Shown one piece after another: positions 28,123-36,252 of a DNA stretch of 64,000 nucleotides. How positions within the stretch are numbered: position 1 is the stretch's first letter; every line of letters begins with the position of its first letter. Both the position numbers and the translations under genes were made by a program. The notes beneath the pieces are model-generated. The model had not been told where the DNA came from. It searched no databases and worked only from the letters and a program-made list of their open reading frames with translations. The DNA comes from Candidatus Woesearchaeota archaeon (GTDB lineage Archaea; Nanobdellota; Nanobdellia; SCGC-AAA011-G17; PNOQ01). Where the stretch lies: positions 14,212 to 78,211 of the forward strand of contig JBDRML010000029.1 of the NCBI GenBank assembly GCA_043812195.1, written 5' to 3'.

Positions 28123-28782
28123 ATGAGAATCACCAAGAAGTTAGCAGAGTTATGTGGTATCATAGTTGGAGATGGTTGTATAACTTATTATAAAAAGAAT
28201 GGTGATTATAAGGTAGAAATTTTTGGAGATTATAAAGAATTAGAATATCATAGTTACATAAAAACTCTTTTCAAAGAAATATTCAATAAAGAGCCAAAAA
28301 CAAAATTGAATAAAGATGGAATTTCTCTTTGCTTACATTCAAAAGAAGTCTTAGACAAATTGATAGGATTAGGTATTCCAATAGGAAAGAAAAAAGATGT
28401 AATTAGAATTCCTCCCAAAATAATGTCAAACAAAGGATTAACAAAATGTTTTATTAGAGGATTAGCCGATACAGATTTCAGTGTTTGTTTTAAAAAAGGA
28501 GGAAGAATCAAAAACTCTTATCCTAGAATTACTGTAGAAATGCATTCTAAAAAACTGATAAAAGATATAAAACTAAGTTTGGAATCTTTAGGAATTACAT
28601 GCTACTACTATGAAAGAACCAGAAATACACCTTTTGGTATATTTCAATCATATAGTTTAGATATAAATGGAAACAAAAAATTTGAAAAATGGATGAGATT
28701 AATAGGATTTAAAAATAAAAAACATCTATCAAAAATAGAATTCTGGAAGAAAAACGGATATTATCAAAAGAATTGTTCTTAA
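28123..28782 (+). CDS. Free-standing LAGLIDADG homing endonuclease (two-motif)
   Basis: LAELCGIIVGDGCI and FIRGLADTDFSV. It is clearly paralogous to the intron ORF at 32033 (GIPIGKKKDVIRIP vs GLPLGKKENINIP; YPRITVEM vs YPRIQISS). Confidence 0.8.
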   Translation: MRITKKLAELCGIIVGDGCITYYKKNGDYKVEIFGDYKELEYHSYIKTLFKEIFNKEPKTKLNKDGISLCLHSKEVLDKLIGLGIPIGKKKDVIRIPPKIMSNKGLTKCFIRGLADTDFSVCFKKGGRIKNSYPRITVEMHSKKLIKDIKLSLESLGITCYYYERTRNTPFGIFQSYSLDINGNKKFEKWMRLIGFKNKKHLSKIEFWKKNGYYQKNCS

Positions 28783-28869
28783 TTCCTGTTAAGTACGTCA
28801 AATTTAAAATCTTTCAGCAACATTTTTATTTATTCTAGAAATAATTTTTTCATTAAATCATTCAAATTT

Positions 28870-29487
28870 TTACTGTCTTAATAATTCAATTGCCTTTTTT
28901 GCTCGCAGGTAAGAACTTCCTTCTAAATAAGAATCTCGTCCAAATAATACAATGCCTAATCTTTCCAAACTTGTTTTTCCTGCTAAATGCTTTTCAAATT
29001 CGCCAGTCATTGCTTCAACTGCTTCTTCTAGTGGAACTTGATATAATCCTGTTCCCAAAGCCGGAAATCCAATTGATGTTAATCCATGTTCTTTTCCAAG
29101 TTCCAATACATTTCTTGTACTCTCAGCAATGACATCTTTATTGCAATATAATCCAGATTCAGGATCATAATTTAAAGCAACAGAATGAATAACATGTTTT
29201 GCAGGCAATTTTCCACCAGTTGTCAAATGGGCTGAATATAATGGTACTTTTCCTCGCATCCCATGAATATCCAATTCTCCATGTTCTTAAGCGTATCTGT
29301 CTGCAACTCTGGATGCTTCGTCAAAAATTTCAATTCCACCATCTCTTGCTACAAATCCTTGAACGCCCATACCTGCAAAATCTAAATCTGGATTCGCAGA
29401 AATAACAATTGCGTCGGCATTGTATCTTGTGATGCTTCCTTCAGCAAGTTCTATTTTTCCCTTACCTGCTCGATATTCTGTTTTCAT
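28870..29487 (-). pseudogene. Macro-domain (ADP-ribose-binding) gene interrupted by a single in-frame TAA
   Basis: The two track ORFs are in the same frame, separated only by TAA at 29287..29289 (..SRVADRYA*EHGELDIHG..). ADAIVISAN and GFPALGTGLYQVP are macro motifs. The region is GC-richer than its flanks. Confidence 0.7.
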
Positions 29488-29592
29488 ACTATAGAGAATA
29501 AAATTAATCTTTATAAATCTTTCGGTTTTTGACTATTTCTTAGTAGTTACAAAAATCATAAAATTGCCAAATTTAAAAGCTCGCAACAACTT

Positions 29593-30027
29593 TTATCTAA
29601 TATCACCCACATTAATCAAATATTCAATATTCGGAGCAACTTTATACTTTCCAGCTTTAATCTCTTCAATATCCAACCACTTAACTTCAACAGTTGGTGC
29701 CATAGCTTTCAAATCCTCTCTATTAGAAATCAACTTAGCCAAATAATGTATCAAAACAATAGTCATCTTCTCTTTCGTAGTAGGATTTTCCCATAAAATC
29801 ATCGGATGCAATGGTTTAATTATTTCAATTTCTCCACCAACTTCTTCTTTAAACTCTCTTCTGCATGCCTCTTCCAAACTTTCAACATTTTCCTCAACAG
29901 CACCACCGGGTATTTTATAGAAATCATCCTTAGTATCTTTATTAACTAATAACTTTCCATCTTCAATAATCACAGGTCCAGAAGCAATTATGTATTTTCC
30001 TTCCATAATACCAATAACATATAACAA
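29593..30027 (-). CDS. Nudix hydrolase
   Basis: Nudix-box-like GGAVEENVESLEEACRREFKEEVGGEI. Confidence 0.8.
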   Translation of the reverse strand: MLYVIGIMEGKYIIASGPVIIEDGKLLVNKDTKDDFYKIPGGAVEENVESLEEACRREFKEEVGGEIEIIKPLHPMILWENPTTKEKMTIVLIHYLAKLISNREDLKAMAPTVEVKWLDIEEIKAGKYKVAPNIEYLINVGDIR

Positions 30028-30097
30028 TTTAAAAATCTTCGTTTTAAAACAAATCCATCCAAAAGCCTTAAAAATACAGTAACATTACCTAAAACAC

Positions 30098-30835
30098 ATG
30101 GAACATATAAAAGAAGAGGTACCCAGATTAGTTGATGAATATTCTAAAGAAGATAATAACGAATTCAGGCATGTAATACCATCAATTCTCAAAAAAGGGT
30201 TAGATAAGGTAAATTTATCAATGTTTGATGAAGAAACCAAAAAAAGACTTCTTATAGCAGTAGGAGATGAATATTTAAAAAGAGGAAGTATAACAGAAGC
30301 ATTCAATATTTTTAAACAATTAAACTACAAAGAAAAACTAGCAGAAGTAGGTGACGAACAATACAAACTAGGCCTATACAATCAAGCAATAGAATCTTAC
30401 AGATTATCAGAAAATCATTCAAAATTAAGAAATATAGGTGAAAATTTATTAAGAAATGGTCACTTAAATGAAGCAATAAAATCATTCACAATCCTAAAAG
30501 ACACAGAACAACTAAAAGAAGTAGGACAAATTTGTTTAGAAAAAAACAAATATCCACAAGCAATAGAAATTTTTAAAGCATTAGAAGACACCACAAAAAT
30601 AATAGAGTTAGGAGAACACTGCCTAAAAGATAATCAACTAGACTTAGCACTAAGAGCATTTGAAATAATACAAGACAAAGAAAGATTAAACAAAGTAGCA
30701 GATAAATTTTTAAAATTCGGTTCAGTATCAAAAGCAGTAAAAGCATATGAGTTAGCAGGAAATCATTCCATGATAACATTTATAAAAGAAAATTTCAGTG
30801 AAAGCACAATAAAAAGAGATAGTTCTTACATATAA
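30098..30835 (+). CDS. Helical-repeat (TPR/HEAT-like) hypothetical protein
   Basis: Repeats of about 30-35 aa of the form ..A...F..L.D...L..(V/L)G...L. Confidence 0.4.
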   Translation: MEHIKEEVPRLVDEYSKEDNNEFRHVIPSILKKGLDKVNLSMFDEETKKRLLIAVGDEYLKRGSITEAFNIFKQLNYKEKLAEVGDEQYKLGLYNQAIESYRLSENHSKLRNIGENLLRNGHLNEAIKSFTILKDTEQLKEVGQICLEKNKYPQAIEIFKALEDTTKIIELGEHCLKDNQLDLALRAFEIIQDKERLNKVADKFLKFGSVSKAVKAYELAGNHSMITFIKENFSESTIKRDSSYI

Positions 30836-30875
30836 TCTACAAATCTTTATATAATTCCTATAACTTCATAAATAT

Positions 30876-31709
30876 ATGAAGAAGATTCAAGAAATTTTAG
30901 GTATAGCAGTAACAAGGATAGCAAGAGAAATCGAAGCTAATATTATTGTTTCTATAGATTCTATTCCAGATATAGAATACGAAGATACTGATGATTTTCA
31001 GGTAAAGATAATAATATTCAAAAAAATAAAAGAGGAGGTCTACAGAAAAACTGAATATGTCATAAAAATAAAAAACTTAGAATATGGATCAATTACACCA
31101 GTAAAAGAAATAATAATGGATGCAATTACAAAAGGTCACATTAATAAAGGCGATACAGTAATATGCACCCAAGACAGCAAATTAGGATTTGGCTATAAAG
31201 GAGTTATTTTTATATTTGAAATAGACGATACTTTCTTCCAAATAAGCAGACATAAATTATCTGAAAAAATAGGATCAGAAGTTATAGAAGCAACATTAAA
31301 TATATCAAAAGAAATAGCACAAGAAGGCAGAGAAGGAAAAAGAGTTGGAACAGCTTTTATAATAGGAAATATATCAGAACTATCAAAATATATGAAACAA
31401 TTAATTATTAACCCATTTCAAAACCTAGAAGAAAGACCTAAAGTTACAGACCCAAAAATGAGAGAATCAATAAAAGAGTTTGCGCAGTTAGACGGAGTGT
31501 TTATACTAGATGAAGAAGGCCATATAATAAGTGCAGGAACATATATAAATATAGATCATTCAGATATAAATTTGCCAGAGGGTTTTGGGACAAAACATAG
31601 ATCAGCTATAGCTTTAACAAGTAAAACAGATTCATTAGCTATTGTTATTTCAGAATCAGGTGGAAAAATAAGAGTCATAAAAGCAGGAAAAATTATACTT
31701 AAAATCTAA
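30876..31709 (+). CDS. dacZ: Diadenylate cyclase, archaeal DacZ-type (N-terminal regulatory domain + DAC domain)
   Basis: DAC motifs LDGVFIL (DGA-like) and GTKHRSA (RHR-like), with GTAFIIG upstream. Confidence 0.7.
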   Translation: MKKIQEILGIAVTRIAREIEANIIVSIDSIPDIEYEDTDDFQVKIIIFKKIKEEVYRKTEYVIKIKNLEYGSITPVKEIIMDAITKGHINKGDTVICTQDSKLGFGYKGVIFIFEIDDTFFQISRHKLSEKIGSEVIEATLNISKEIAQEGREGKRVGTAFIIGNISELSKYMKQLIINPFQNLEERPKVTDPKMRESIKEFAQLDGVFILDEEGHIISAGTYINIDHSDINLPEGFGTKHRSAIALTSKTDSLAIVISESGGKIRVIKAGKIILKI

Positions 31710-31866
31710 ATATAACGTCTTATTTAAATACTCATCGTCTTAAAAACAAAAGCTTTATATATTACCTCTTTTCCCAGAATATATTACAAAGCAAAGGTAC
31801 CTCTCTACAATGTCCAACCATGATTACTAAAAGTCATATTTACTAACGACCTAGAGAGTGCTATGT

Positions 31867-31969
31867 GCCCTGATGGTGTAGTTGGCTATCATACGGCCCT
31901 GTCGAGGCCGTGACCCGGGTTCAAATTTCCCATAGCCTAAAAAAAGGATTGAAAGTCCCGGTCAGGGCG
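31867..31969 (+). tRNA. tRNA-Asp(GUC) with a 30-nt intron (31926..31955) in the T-loop (59/60)
   Basis: Acceptor GCCCTGA/TCAGGGC, anticodon arm CGGCC-CTGTCGA-GGCCG. T stem CCGGG (31915-19) pairs with CCCGG (31957-61). BHB: central helix UUCA 31920-23/UGAA 31950-53, bulges AA|U and AG|U. Confidence 0.85.
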
Positions 31970-31986
31970 TATCTTTGCAAAAAGAT

Positions 31987-32712
31987 GGACTGGTAGCTCA
32001 GCTTGGTAGAGCACTTGAGGAGATAAGCAAAAATGAAAGTACAAATTCCAAATGAACCAACAATCAATTTAGCAGAAGAGTTCGGAATACATATTGGTGA
32101 TGGGAGTATGAACTTTTATAAAGAAAAGGGATTGGTATCTATAGCAATAAATCCAAACGAAAAAAAATATATGGATTTCATTAAAAGACTTTATTGGAGT
32201 CTATATAAAGTAAGTGTTAACTTAAGAAATTGGAGTAGGGCATATGGATTTCAACTAAGCTCTAACGAATTGGTTGAATTCAAATATAAACAAGGTCTCC
32301 CATTAGGAAAAAAGGAAAATATAAATATTCCTCATTGGATAAAGAAAAACGAACAATATCAAAAAGCATGTCTAAGAGGAATATTTGACACAGATGGTAC
32401 ACTGTATATTGAAAAAAAGTACAATAAACCCTATCCAAGAATACAAATTTCGAGTATATCTCAAAATTTAATTAAAGATATACATGAAATATTAGTCAAT
32501 TTGGATTTTAAAGTTAGTCTATGGAAAGAAAATTTTAGAAATAAGAACTGGAAAACAAGACATGTAATTGCCTTAAGAGGATATAAACAAGTTCAAAAAT
32601 GGATGGATGAAATAGGCACTAATAATCCCAAAAATTTAGAAAAATATAATAAGCTTATCTTCAGGTGAAGCTTTTAACCAAGGGGTCGCGGGTTCAAATC
32701 CCGTCCGGTCCA
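31987..32712 (+). tRNA. tRNA-Lys(UUU) interrupted by a 652-nt intron (32018..32669) in the anticodon stem (30/31)
   Basis: Exons GGACTGGTAGCTCAGCTTGGTAGAGCACTTG and GCTTTTAACCAAGGGGTCGCGGGTTCAAATCCCGTCCGGTCCA form a perfect cloverleaf. BHB: central CACU 32012-15/GGUG 32664-67, bulges UG|A and AA|G, and a 10-bp intron helix 32019-28/32653-62. Confidence 0.85.
32033..32668 (+). CDS. tRNA-intron-encoded LAGLIDADG homing endonuclease (211 aa)
   Basis: LAEEFGIHIGDGSM and CLRGIFDTDGTLY. The ORF fills the intron: ATG is 15 nt after the 5' splice site and TGA ends 1 nt before the 3' splice site. Confidence 0.8.
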   Translation: MKVQIPNEPTINLAEEFGIHIGDGSMNFYKEKGLVSIAINPNEKKYMDFIKRLYWSLYKVSVNLRNWSRAYGFQLSSNELVEFKYKQGLPLGKKENINIPHWIKKNEQYQKACLRGIFDTDGTLYIEKKYNKPYPRIQISSISQNLIKDIHEILVNLDFKVSLWKENFRNKNWKTRHVIALRGYKQVQKWMDEIGTNNPKNLEKYNKLIFR

Positions 32713-32733
32713 CTTTTAAATTACGAGAAAAAA

Positions 32734-32973
32734 ATGGAAGAATTTGACATAAAAAAACATAGCTTAGCCACAGTACATACAAAGCTAACAGAGGAAGAAA
32801 AACAAGAGCTTCTTAAAAAATTCAACATCACAATAGATCAATTACCAATGATTCAAAAAAAAGATCCTGCTATTCAACATTTAGAACCAAGAATCGGAGA
32901 TATCATTAAAGTCATAAGAGATACTCCAACTAATAAAGATAGTCCATTCTTTAGGGTTATTGTACATGGTTAA
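32734..32973 (+). CDS. rpoH: RNA polymerase subunit H (Rpo5)
   Basis: HSLATVHTKLTEEEKQELLKKFNITIDQLPMI..DPA...GDIIKVIR. I place the start at ATG 32734, because the track's 32665 start runs through the tRNA-Lys 3' exon. Confidence 0.85.
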   Translation: MEEFDIKKHSLATVHTKLTEEEKQELLKKFNITIDQLPMIQKKDPAIQHLEPRIGDIIKVIRDTPTNKDSPFFRVIVHG

Positions 32974-34453
32974 AAATTACAAAAAAATTATAGGGAACTA
33001 TTTCAAAGAACATTCTTTTATAGAGCATGATATAGATTCATTCAATTTATTCTTAGAAAAAAACTTACAAAGTGTTATAGATGAAGTAAAAGAAATTGTA
33101 CCAACTATAATTCCACAAGAATATGAAAACTTTAAAATTAAATTAAGTAGAATTAGAGTAGAGAAACCAGAAATTGTAGACGCAGATGGATCTAAAAGAG
33201 CAATATATCCTACAGAAGCAAGATTAAGAAAGTTAACATATTCAGCTCCAGTATATCTAGAAATAAGTGCATATATAAATGATATTCAAAGGGATTCTTT
33301 CACAACACAAATAGGAAAGCTACCAATAATGTTAAAATCAAAATTCTGTCATTTATATGGTTTAAATAAAGAAGAACTAATAAAACACGGAGAAGATCCT
33401 GATGACCCTGGTGGATATTTTATACTAAACGGAAATGAAAGAGTTTTAGTAACAATTGAAGACTTAGCATCAAACAAAATATTTGTATCACCAGCAGCAA
33501 CAGGACCAAGTAAATTTGTAGGTAAAATGTATTCTGAAAAAGAAAATTACAGAATTCCACACACACTAGAACACACTAAAGATGGAATATATTACTTAAG
33601 TTTTGCAAGATTCAAACGTGTGCCTGCTATTGCAATAATCAAGGCACTTGGTCTTTTAAAAGACCAAGAAATTATGCAATCTATTTCTCCTGACAAAATT
33701 TACGATGATGTTCTAATAAACCTTTACAATTCTATTGAGCTAAAAACAAAAGAAGAAGCATTAGAATTTTTAGCCAAAAAAATAGGTCTAACACAAAAGG
33801 ATTTGAGAGAAGAAAAAACAATGGAACAATTAGATAGATACTTACTTCCTCATTTAGGAACTACACCAAAAGACAGAACATTAAAAGCCCATAATCTATG
33901 TAAATTCATAAGAAAATTCATACTAGTTTCTCAAGAAGGAATAAAACTTCCACCAAAAGATCATTACATGAATAAAAGACTTAAATTAAGTGGAGATTTA
34001 TTATCAGATTTATTCAGGGTAAATATTAGATCGTTAATTCAAGATATATTATACAATTTCCAGAGACTTGTTAAGAGAGGAAAATTTACATCAATAAGAA
34101 CAGTCATAAGAGAACAACTTCTAACTTCAAGAATTAAAAGTGCTATGGCAACAGGAACATGGCCAGGTGGTAGATCAGGAGTAAGTCAAAATATGGCAAG
34201 AACCAACTCAATAGATACAATGTCTAATTTACAAAGAATTGTTAGTTTATTAACATCCAGTCAAGAAAATTTTGAAGCTAGAGCATTACATGCAACACAT
34301 TGGGGAAGGTTGTGTCCAGTTGAAACTCCAGAAGGTACTCCAATTGGACTAAGAAAGAACTTATCTTTAATGGCAACTATAACAAAAGTAGATTCAAGTG
34401 AAGAAAAAATAAAAAAAAGTATGGAAAACATAGGTCTAACCATAATAAAATGA
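32966..34453 (+). CDS. rpoB2: RNA polymerase subunit B'' (N-terminal half of Rpo2)
   Basis: Conserved Rpo2 N-terminal blocks (HHIDSFN-like, GYFILNGNERV, RLCPVETPEG). ATG 32966. Confidence 0.9.
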   Translation: MVKNYKKIIGNYFKEHSFIEHDIDSFNLFLEKNLQSVIDEVKEIVPTIIPQEYENFKIKLSRIRVEKPEIVDADGSKRAIYPTEARLRKLTYSAPVYLEISAYINDIQRDSFTTQIGKLPIMLKSKFCHLYGLNKEELIKHGEDPDDPGGYFILNGNERVLVTIEDLASNKIFVSPAATGPSKFVGKMYSEKENYRIPHTLEHTKDGIYYLSFARFKRVPAIAIIKALGLLKDQEIMQSISPDKIYDDVLINLYNSIELKTKEEALEFLAKKIGLTQKDLREEKTMEQLDRYLLPHLGTTPKDRTLKAHNLCKFIRKFILVSQEGIKLPPKDHYMNKRLKLSGDLLSDLFRVNIRSLIQDILYNFQRLVKRGKFTSIRTVIREQLLTSRIKSAMATGTWPGGRSGVSQNMARTNSIDTMSNLQRIVSLLTSSQENFEARALHATHWGRLCPVETPEGTPIGLRKNLSLMATITKVDSSEEKIKKSMENIGLTIIK

Positions 34454-36249
34454 TAGATGTATACCTAAACGATAAATTTATAGGAACTGTAGAAAACAAA
34501 CAGTTTATTGAGGACTTCAAAATTAAGAGAAGAAAGGGAGAAATTAGTAAAGAATCTAATATAAATTACAATGAAGATCTCAATGAGATTCATATTGATA
34601 TAGATAAAGGAAGATGTAGAAGACCCTTAATCATAGTAGATAATGGAGTATCAAGACTAACAGATAAACACCTAGAATTAATAGAACATGACAAATTAAA
34701 ATGGGACGAGATGGTTGAACAAGGAATTATCGAATATTTAGATGCCTCTGAAGAAGAAAATGCTTATGTTGCGTTATATCCTGAAAATTTAACAAAAGAA
34801 CATACTCATTTAGAAATAAGCCCTGTGACAATTTTAGGATTATGTACTTCATTAGTTCCATATTCAAACTTCGGAAGTTCATCAAGATTGATAAGAGGTT
34901 CAAAAATTCAGAAGCAATCTATAGGAATCTACTCTAAAAATTACCAAATAAGATTAGATACAGATGTAAGCACATCTTATTATCCACAAAGACCAATAGT
35001 TAAAACTTTCATGCATGATGTATTCAAATATGATGAATATCCTTCAGGACAAAATTTAACAATTGCAGTTATGAGTTATGAAGGTTACAACATGCAAGAC
35101 GCTATCATACTAAATAAAGGAAGTATTCAAAGAGGTCTAGCAAGATCAACATTCTATAAACCATATTCAATTGAAGAATTAAGATACTCGGGTGGATTAA
35201 CAGATGAAATAAGCATACCTGACAAAGAAGTTAAAGGTTATAGATCAGAAAAAGATTATAGATTATTAGAAGAGGATGGTATAATTTATCCAGGAGCATC
35301 AACAAAAGAAGAAGATGTAATCATAGGTAAAACAAGTCCACCAAGGTTCCTAAGCAGCTTAGAAGAATTCAGTGTTGCTGCAAGCACAAGAAGAGAAAGT
35401 TCTTCAGCATTAGGAGAAGGAGAATCTGGAATCATAGACACAATTATACTAACAGAAAATGAAGAAGGTAATAGATTAGTACAAGTAAAAATAAGAAAAG
35501 AAAGAATTCCTGAACTAGGAGATAAATTCGCATCAAGACATGGTCAAAAAGGTGTAATTGGTTTACTAGTACCACATTATGATATGCCCTACAGTTCATC
35601 TGGTATAGTTCCAGATCTAATTTTTTCGCCTCATAGTATACCAGGCAGAATGACAGTATCACACTTATTAGAAATATTAGCAGGCAAGGTTGGTGCAATA
35701 ACAGGAAAATGTATAGATGCAACAGCATTTGATACACCACCAGAAGAAGACTTAAGAAAAACATTATCAGACGCAGGATTTAGAGAAGATGGAACTGAAA
35801 CATTTTATAATGGTATAACAGGACAAAGATTCAAAGCTAAAATCTACGTTGGTAACATTTATTATCTAAAACTTAAACACATGGCTGCAAACAAACTACA
35901 TGCAAGAGCTTCTGGAAGAGTTCAATTATTAACAAGACAACCTGTAGAAGGTAGAGCAATGGGTGGAGGTTTAAGATTAGGAGAAATGGAAAAAGATTGT
36001 TTAGTAGCACATGGAACATCTTTATTACTTAAAGAAAGATTCGATTCAGATAAAACAATATTCCATATTTGTGAAAGCTGTGGTATGTTTGCAATGTATG
36101 ATAATTACAAAAACAAAGCAACATGTTCAAGATGTGGAACAAATCCAAAAATAAGCACAGTAGAAATGAGCTACGCTTTCAAGTTACTATTAGATGAAAT
36201 AAGAGCTTTAGGAATAAATTCAAAAATAAACTTAAAAGATAAATTTTAA
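34450..36249 (+). CDS. rpoB1: RNA polymerase subunit B' (C-terminal half of Rpo2)
   Basis: GYNMQDAII, SRHGQKGV, GGLRLGEMEKDC and the C-terminal Zn ribbon CESCG...CSRCG. It has a 4-nt overlap with B''. Confidence 0.92.
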   Translation: MIDVYLNDKFIGTVENKQFIEDFKIKRRKGEISKESNINYNEDLNEIHIDIDKGRCRRPLIIVDNGVSRLTDKHLELIEHDKLKWDEMVEQGIIEYLDASEEENAYVALYPENLTKEHTHLEISPVTILGLCTSLVPYSNFGSSSRLIRGSKIQKQSIGIYSKNYQIRLDTDVSTSYYPQRPIVKTFMHDVFKYDEYPSGQNLTIAVMSYEGYNMQDAIILNKGSIQRGLARSTFYKPYSIEELRYSGGLTDEISIPDKEVKGYRSEKDYRLLEEDGIIYPGASTKEEDVIIGKTSPPRFLSSLEEFSVAASTRRESSSALGEGESGIIDTIILTENEEGNRLVQVKIRKERIPELGDKFASRHGQKGVIGLLVPHYDMPYSSSGIVPDLIFSPHSIPGRMTVSHLLEILAGKVGAITGKCIDATAFDTPPEEDLRKTLSDAGFREDGTETFYNGITGQRFKAKIYVGNIYYLKLKHMAANKLHARASGRVQLLTRQPVEGRAMGGGLRLGEMEKDCLVAHGTSLLLKERFDSDKTIFHICESCGMFAMYDNYKNKATCSRCGTNPKISTVEMSYAFKLLLDEIRALGINSKINLKDKF

Positions 36250-36252
36250 AAA

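Noticed and set aside
31785-31860. 7-bp inverted repeat (CTCTCTA/TAGAGAG) enclosing about 50 nt upstream of tRNA-Asp, considered as a C/D-box or other small RNA
   Set aside because: No convincing C (RUGAUGA) or D (CUGA) boxes are present, and I have no conservation data. The evidence is insufficient to call.
32665-32733. N-terminal extension of rpoH listed in the ORF track (MKLLTKGSRVQIPSGPL...)
   Set aside because: It is translated straight through the tRNA-Lys 3' exon (GGTTCAAATCCCG gives the tell-tale RVQIPS). The conserved RpoH sequence starts at ATG 32734.
32966-36249. rpoB split into two ORFs as a possible pseudogene or frameshift
   Set aside because: The split falls at the position known for B''/B' in many Euryarchaeota and DPANN lineages. 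The two ORFs overlap by ATGA and both halves are intact, so this is a normal lineage trait.
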